Shown piece by piece: positions 61,001-64,000 of a stretch of DNA of 64,000 bases; the stretch's first letter is position 1; every line of letters starts with the position of its first letter. The translations under genes were made by a program, and so were the position numbers. The notes beneath the pieces were generated by a model. The model saw nothing but the letters and a program-made list of their open reading frames with translations. It had not been told where the DNA came from and made no database searches. This DNA is from Ylistrum balloti (Eukaryota), in contig NW_026782003.1 of the NCBI RefSeq assembly GCF_031769215.1, positions 3,720,001-3,784,000 of the forward strand, in the 5' to 3' direction.

Positions 61001-63864
61001 ACGTTTACAATTATATGTCTGAAATATGAGTCAATTCTGAATAATACAGAAAAATGATCACAATCATATTTTCAAATTTAAATATAAACTTACTGCTTCT
61101 TGAGATTTAGATTCTTCAAAAGTATTGAGGAATTCTGTAAATAAAAGAAAAATTAATTTAGGATTGTCTATTCATTATTGGCCGATTCTCTCAGTTTTAC
61201 ATTTGAAAACTTAATCATAAATATTTTCTTTCATACTTGCCAAACAACCTGAAGATTTGACAAGCAATCCCCGACACTGTATGAATTTCATTGATTCTTT
61301 ATGGTTCTTTTTCAGTTGTTGTAATCAAAGTTGGGCACCTGTTGGCCATGTTGCTTCTCCAATCAGTCAAAAAAATAGGACAATGTATAAAAGGCCAACA
61401 TGGTTGTCTGATGGCCACATTGGAAGTCTACATTGAAAGTTTTAGAATGATCAGTTCAATAGTAGCAAAAGAAATAGAAGGAACAAATGTCAACTTCTAT
61501 TTTTTCTAATCAGTCAAAAATTAAAAAAAAAAAATGAATAGCTTGGGACAAAGAGGAGTTTGATTTATATCGGAAATTTTACGAAATAGGGACCCTTAAT
61601 TGTACAAAGACAAAGGGCAATTTGAGCAGCCTACCATCTCATGATACGATAGTGGGCAAAAAAATTGGAAGACATGAATCCACTGCTCCCATGCATGTAA
61701 GCATAATTGATGAATTGCAGAAACTGTTTGTTGTGACCTTTGACCCTTTAGCTTTAACGGATGGCCACATTAATACAATTACACTTAGATGTTATGATAC
61801 TTTGTGGGTAAATATAAACTAATCTGTTGATATTGATTCAGAACCAGACACAACACAACAGACAATGCTATATGCCCTGCATAAAACGGCAAAGGTGGTA
61901 AAGATAAATTAACCGAATCAAAATATTATCATTACTTGTGGTTACAGAGACTTCACTTAATACTGAGAGTAGTTCCATATATTTACCACGTTTAATGTTT
62001 GGAGAACTGCTAAGATCCATTGCCACAGAGACATTACTCTCAGCTTAACCTCAAATGAGATTTCAGTTCAGTTTCAGCCATTGGCTGAGATTAATCAGTT
62101 TTAACACATGTTAACTAAACAATCCATTTGATAATTGCAATATTGAGAAATGAACTGAATGTGAAGTTGTTTATACATCAATTGTTTTGACAATCATATT
62201 TACCATCCATTGTTTCCTCTCTTTTCTTCAGTTCTTTGTACTTCTGATTTCTTTCTCCTGCAAATAGGTTTCTAATATTATCATCATTGTTAAAAATTGG
62301 GAGTCATCTGTTAATCACTTAATGACTTTGATATGCCATATATTGTACTGACCTCTCTGATCACCCCCTATACTGACCTACCCAGGTCACCCTCTATACT
62401 GACCTCCCCTCGTCCTCCTATATACTGACCTACCCTTGTCCTCCTATATACTGACCTCCCTTTGTCCTCCTCTATACTAACCTACCTTGGTACTTCTCTA
62501 TACTGACTTCCCCTTGTCCTTCTCTAATCTGACCTACCCTTGTCCTTCTCAATACTGACCTCCCCTTTTCCTCCTCTATACTGACCTACCCTTTCTTCCT
62601 ATATACTGACCTCCCTTTTTCTTCCTCTAAACTGACCTACCCTTGTCCTTCTCTTAATGACCTATCCTGGTCCTCATCTATACTGACCTACCCTTGTCCT
62701 TCTCTATACTGACCTACCCTAGTCCTCGCCTTTACTGACCTAGGATCTCCCCTCGTCCTTCTCTATACTGACCTCCTCTACACTGATCTCCCCTTGTCCT
62801 CCTCTACATTGACCTACCCTTGTCCTTCTCTACACTAACCTACCCTTGTCCTTCTCTATACTGACCTCCCCTTGTCCTCCTCTATACTGACCTACCCTGG
62901 TCCTCCTCTACACGGACCTTCCCCTCATCCTCCGCTATAATAGCCTACCTTGGTTCTCCTCTATATCAATATCAAGCTGTCTGCTCTCCTCTTGCATTTG
63001 CTCAATCTTCTCTCTGATCTCTTTTGTTCTGAAAACAATACCGTATCCAGTATGATGATTTTGTTACATCAATAGTGCTGCCCCTTACATCCAAAGTACT
63101 CATCTGTTAAAATTCTTCATCAACTGACCAGCTCTATTTTATATTTCTTCTCTTAAGAATTAATACCACATAACCTAGCTACTAACAAGATAGGAACTAC
63201 TAAAGAAAATATATTTTTTGTCCTGAAATATTGGATATTCAATGTTTTGTTTATACATACTGTCTTTCTACACTGGCTATCTCCTGGTTGTCCTCTTTGA
63301 CCTGTTTCAGTAGGCGTTCACGCTCCTCAGCTGGTGATACTGTTGTCTTTGTCTCCTCGATTAGGCTGTCTCGCTTGGACTCCAACTCATTCAGCTGTTC
63401 ATAGAGTCGCACTAGAGACAAAAACGTTCATGAAATACTTATGGGAAAAATGATTCTGTCTCCAAATATTCTGCCATAATGAGCACAAAATCTGTTTACA
63501 TGATTAAAGTGTGTTGTTTACTGAAGGTGAAATACAGAATTTCAAGATACACCAAGAGACTTTCAGGTTTTTCTCAGCGATTCCACCAAAAAATCATGAT
63601 GGTTAAATATCAACAGATAAGTAAAACCTGCATCTACCATCTATTTCACAACAGTAAGAGAATGGCTTTTTAATACAGCCCATGTGATGGAACCCAACGT
63701 ATTTGATACTGATATTTACATAATATTGAACATTTGTATAATTTAAAATATCACTAGGAGTTATCGGTAATGATTTTACTTATGTTGTTTAATGTTATTT
63801 CTTAAAGGGAGACAATTCATCTGTACCTACCTGCTTCCTGTTTGACTTGTGATAAGGACAACTC
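58065..63864 (-). CDS. IFT74: Intraflagellar transport protein 74, C-terminal coiled-coil exons (5' part lies beyond the window)
   Basis: Exons (minus strand): 63864-63831, 63411-63261, 63028-62949, 62257-62204, 61134-61094, 60789-60733, 60347-60227, 59819-59656, 59226-59101, 58824-58764, 58183-58065 (TGA). Peptides [71 protein letters not shown] and [20 protein letters not shown] follow IFT74 collinearly. Confidence 0.95.
58184..58763 (-). other. U12-type (minor spliceosome) GT-AG intron in IFT74
   Basis: 5' splice site GTATCCTT (58763-58756) and branch site TTCCTTAAC (58203-58195) about 11 nt before the AG, with no polypyrimidine tract; both match the U12 consensus exactly. Confidence 0.88.
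59955..60226 (-). repeat. Three to four degenerate ~70-bp copies containing the IFT74 exon end and donor
   Basis: ACTGACCTG...AGTCCT at ~59990, 60060 and 60133, versus the real junction ACTAACCTGCTGCTAGTCCTAAAGTG at 60221. Confidence 0.75.
62346..62948 (-). repeat. 26-bp minisatellite (~23 copies) derived from an IFT74 exon/donor junction
   Basis: Minus-sense unit ATAGAGGAGGACAAGG|GTAGGTCAGT versus the real junction ATAGAGGAGAACCAAG|GTAGGC (18/22 identical). Confidence 0.9.
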
Positions 63865-64000
63865 CTGTAAAACACAAATATATCAAGTCACTGTGAAACT
63901 GTCACAAGCTAAGTGTAAAATTCATCTAGTAATATACATGATAAGATTGGTACACATCATGTAAAGCTATTTTAGGAATCAGGCCCATGGAAGTCTTTAT

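Noticed and set aside
61237-61276. Possible 40-nt cassette exon in IFT74 (CATACAG ... GTATGA)
   Set aside because: It is frameshifting, has no IFT74 similarity, and such site pairs occur by chance in AT-rich introns.
17745-62948. Tandem arrays as possible CRISPR arrays
   Set aside because: Units are head-to-tail without unique spacers, there are no cas genes, and the context is eukaryotic introns.

Overview
AT-rich eukaryotic DNA with spliceosomal introns, probably from a bivalve mollusc (inferred from the Helentron-type repeats and gene content). It holds three genes. (1) On +, a giant apolipophorin/apoB-type large lipid transfer protein gene (~1105-44400). I traced 35 exons with fully consistent splice phases plus an ambiguous terminal exon, giving ~4,630 aa with a 6,036-bp central exon. 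The signal-peptide exon was not found. (2) On -, a complete METTL4 (MT-A70) gene of 8 coding exons and 428 aa. (3) On -, the 3' part of IFT74 (11 exons), one intron of which has perfect U12-type signals. A decayed DIRS/Ngaro-type retrotransposon lies between the convergent LLTP and METTL4 genes. Introns carry Helentron-like elements, a pogo-like element, tiny CAGGG-ended hairpin elements and several minisatellites. Two patterns are unusual. First, in all three genes intronic repeats are copies of the adjacent exon end and splice site, creating decoy donor arrays, a duplicated acceptor, a chimeric 25-nt micro-exon and an inverted exon-end repeat. Second, the starts of METTL4 introns 3 and 7, 3.8 kb apart, are complementary over 21 nt, and all three mismatches are G-U wobbles on the transcribed strand. 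All exon calls were made by eye and need RNA confirmation.
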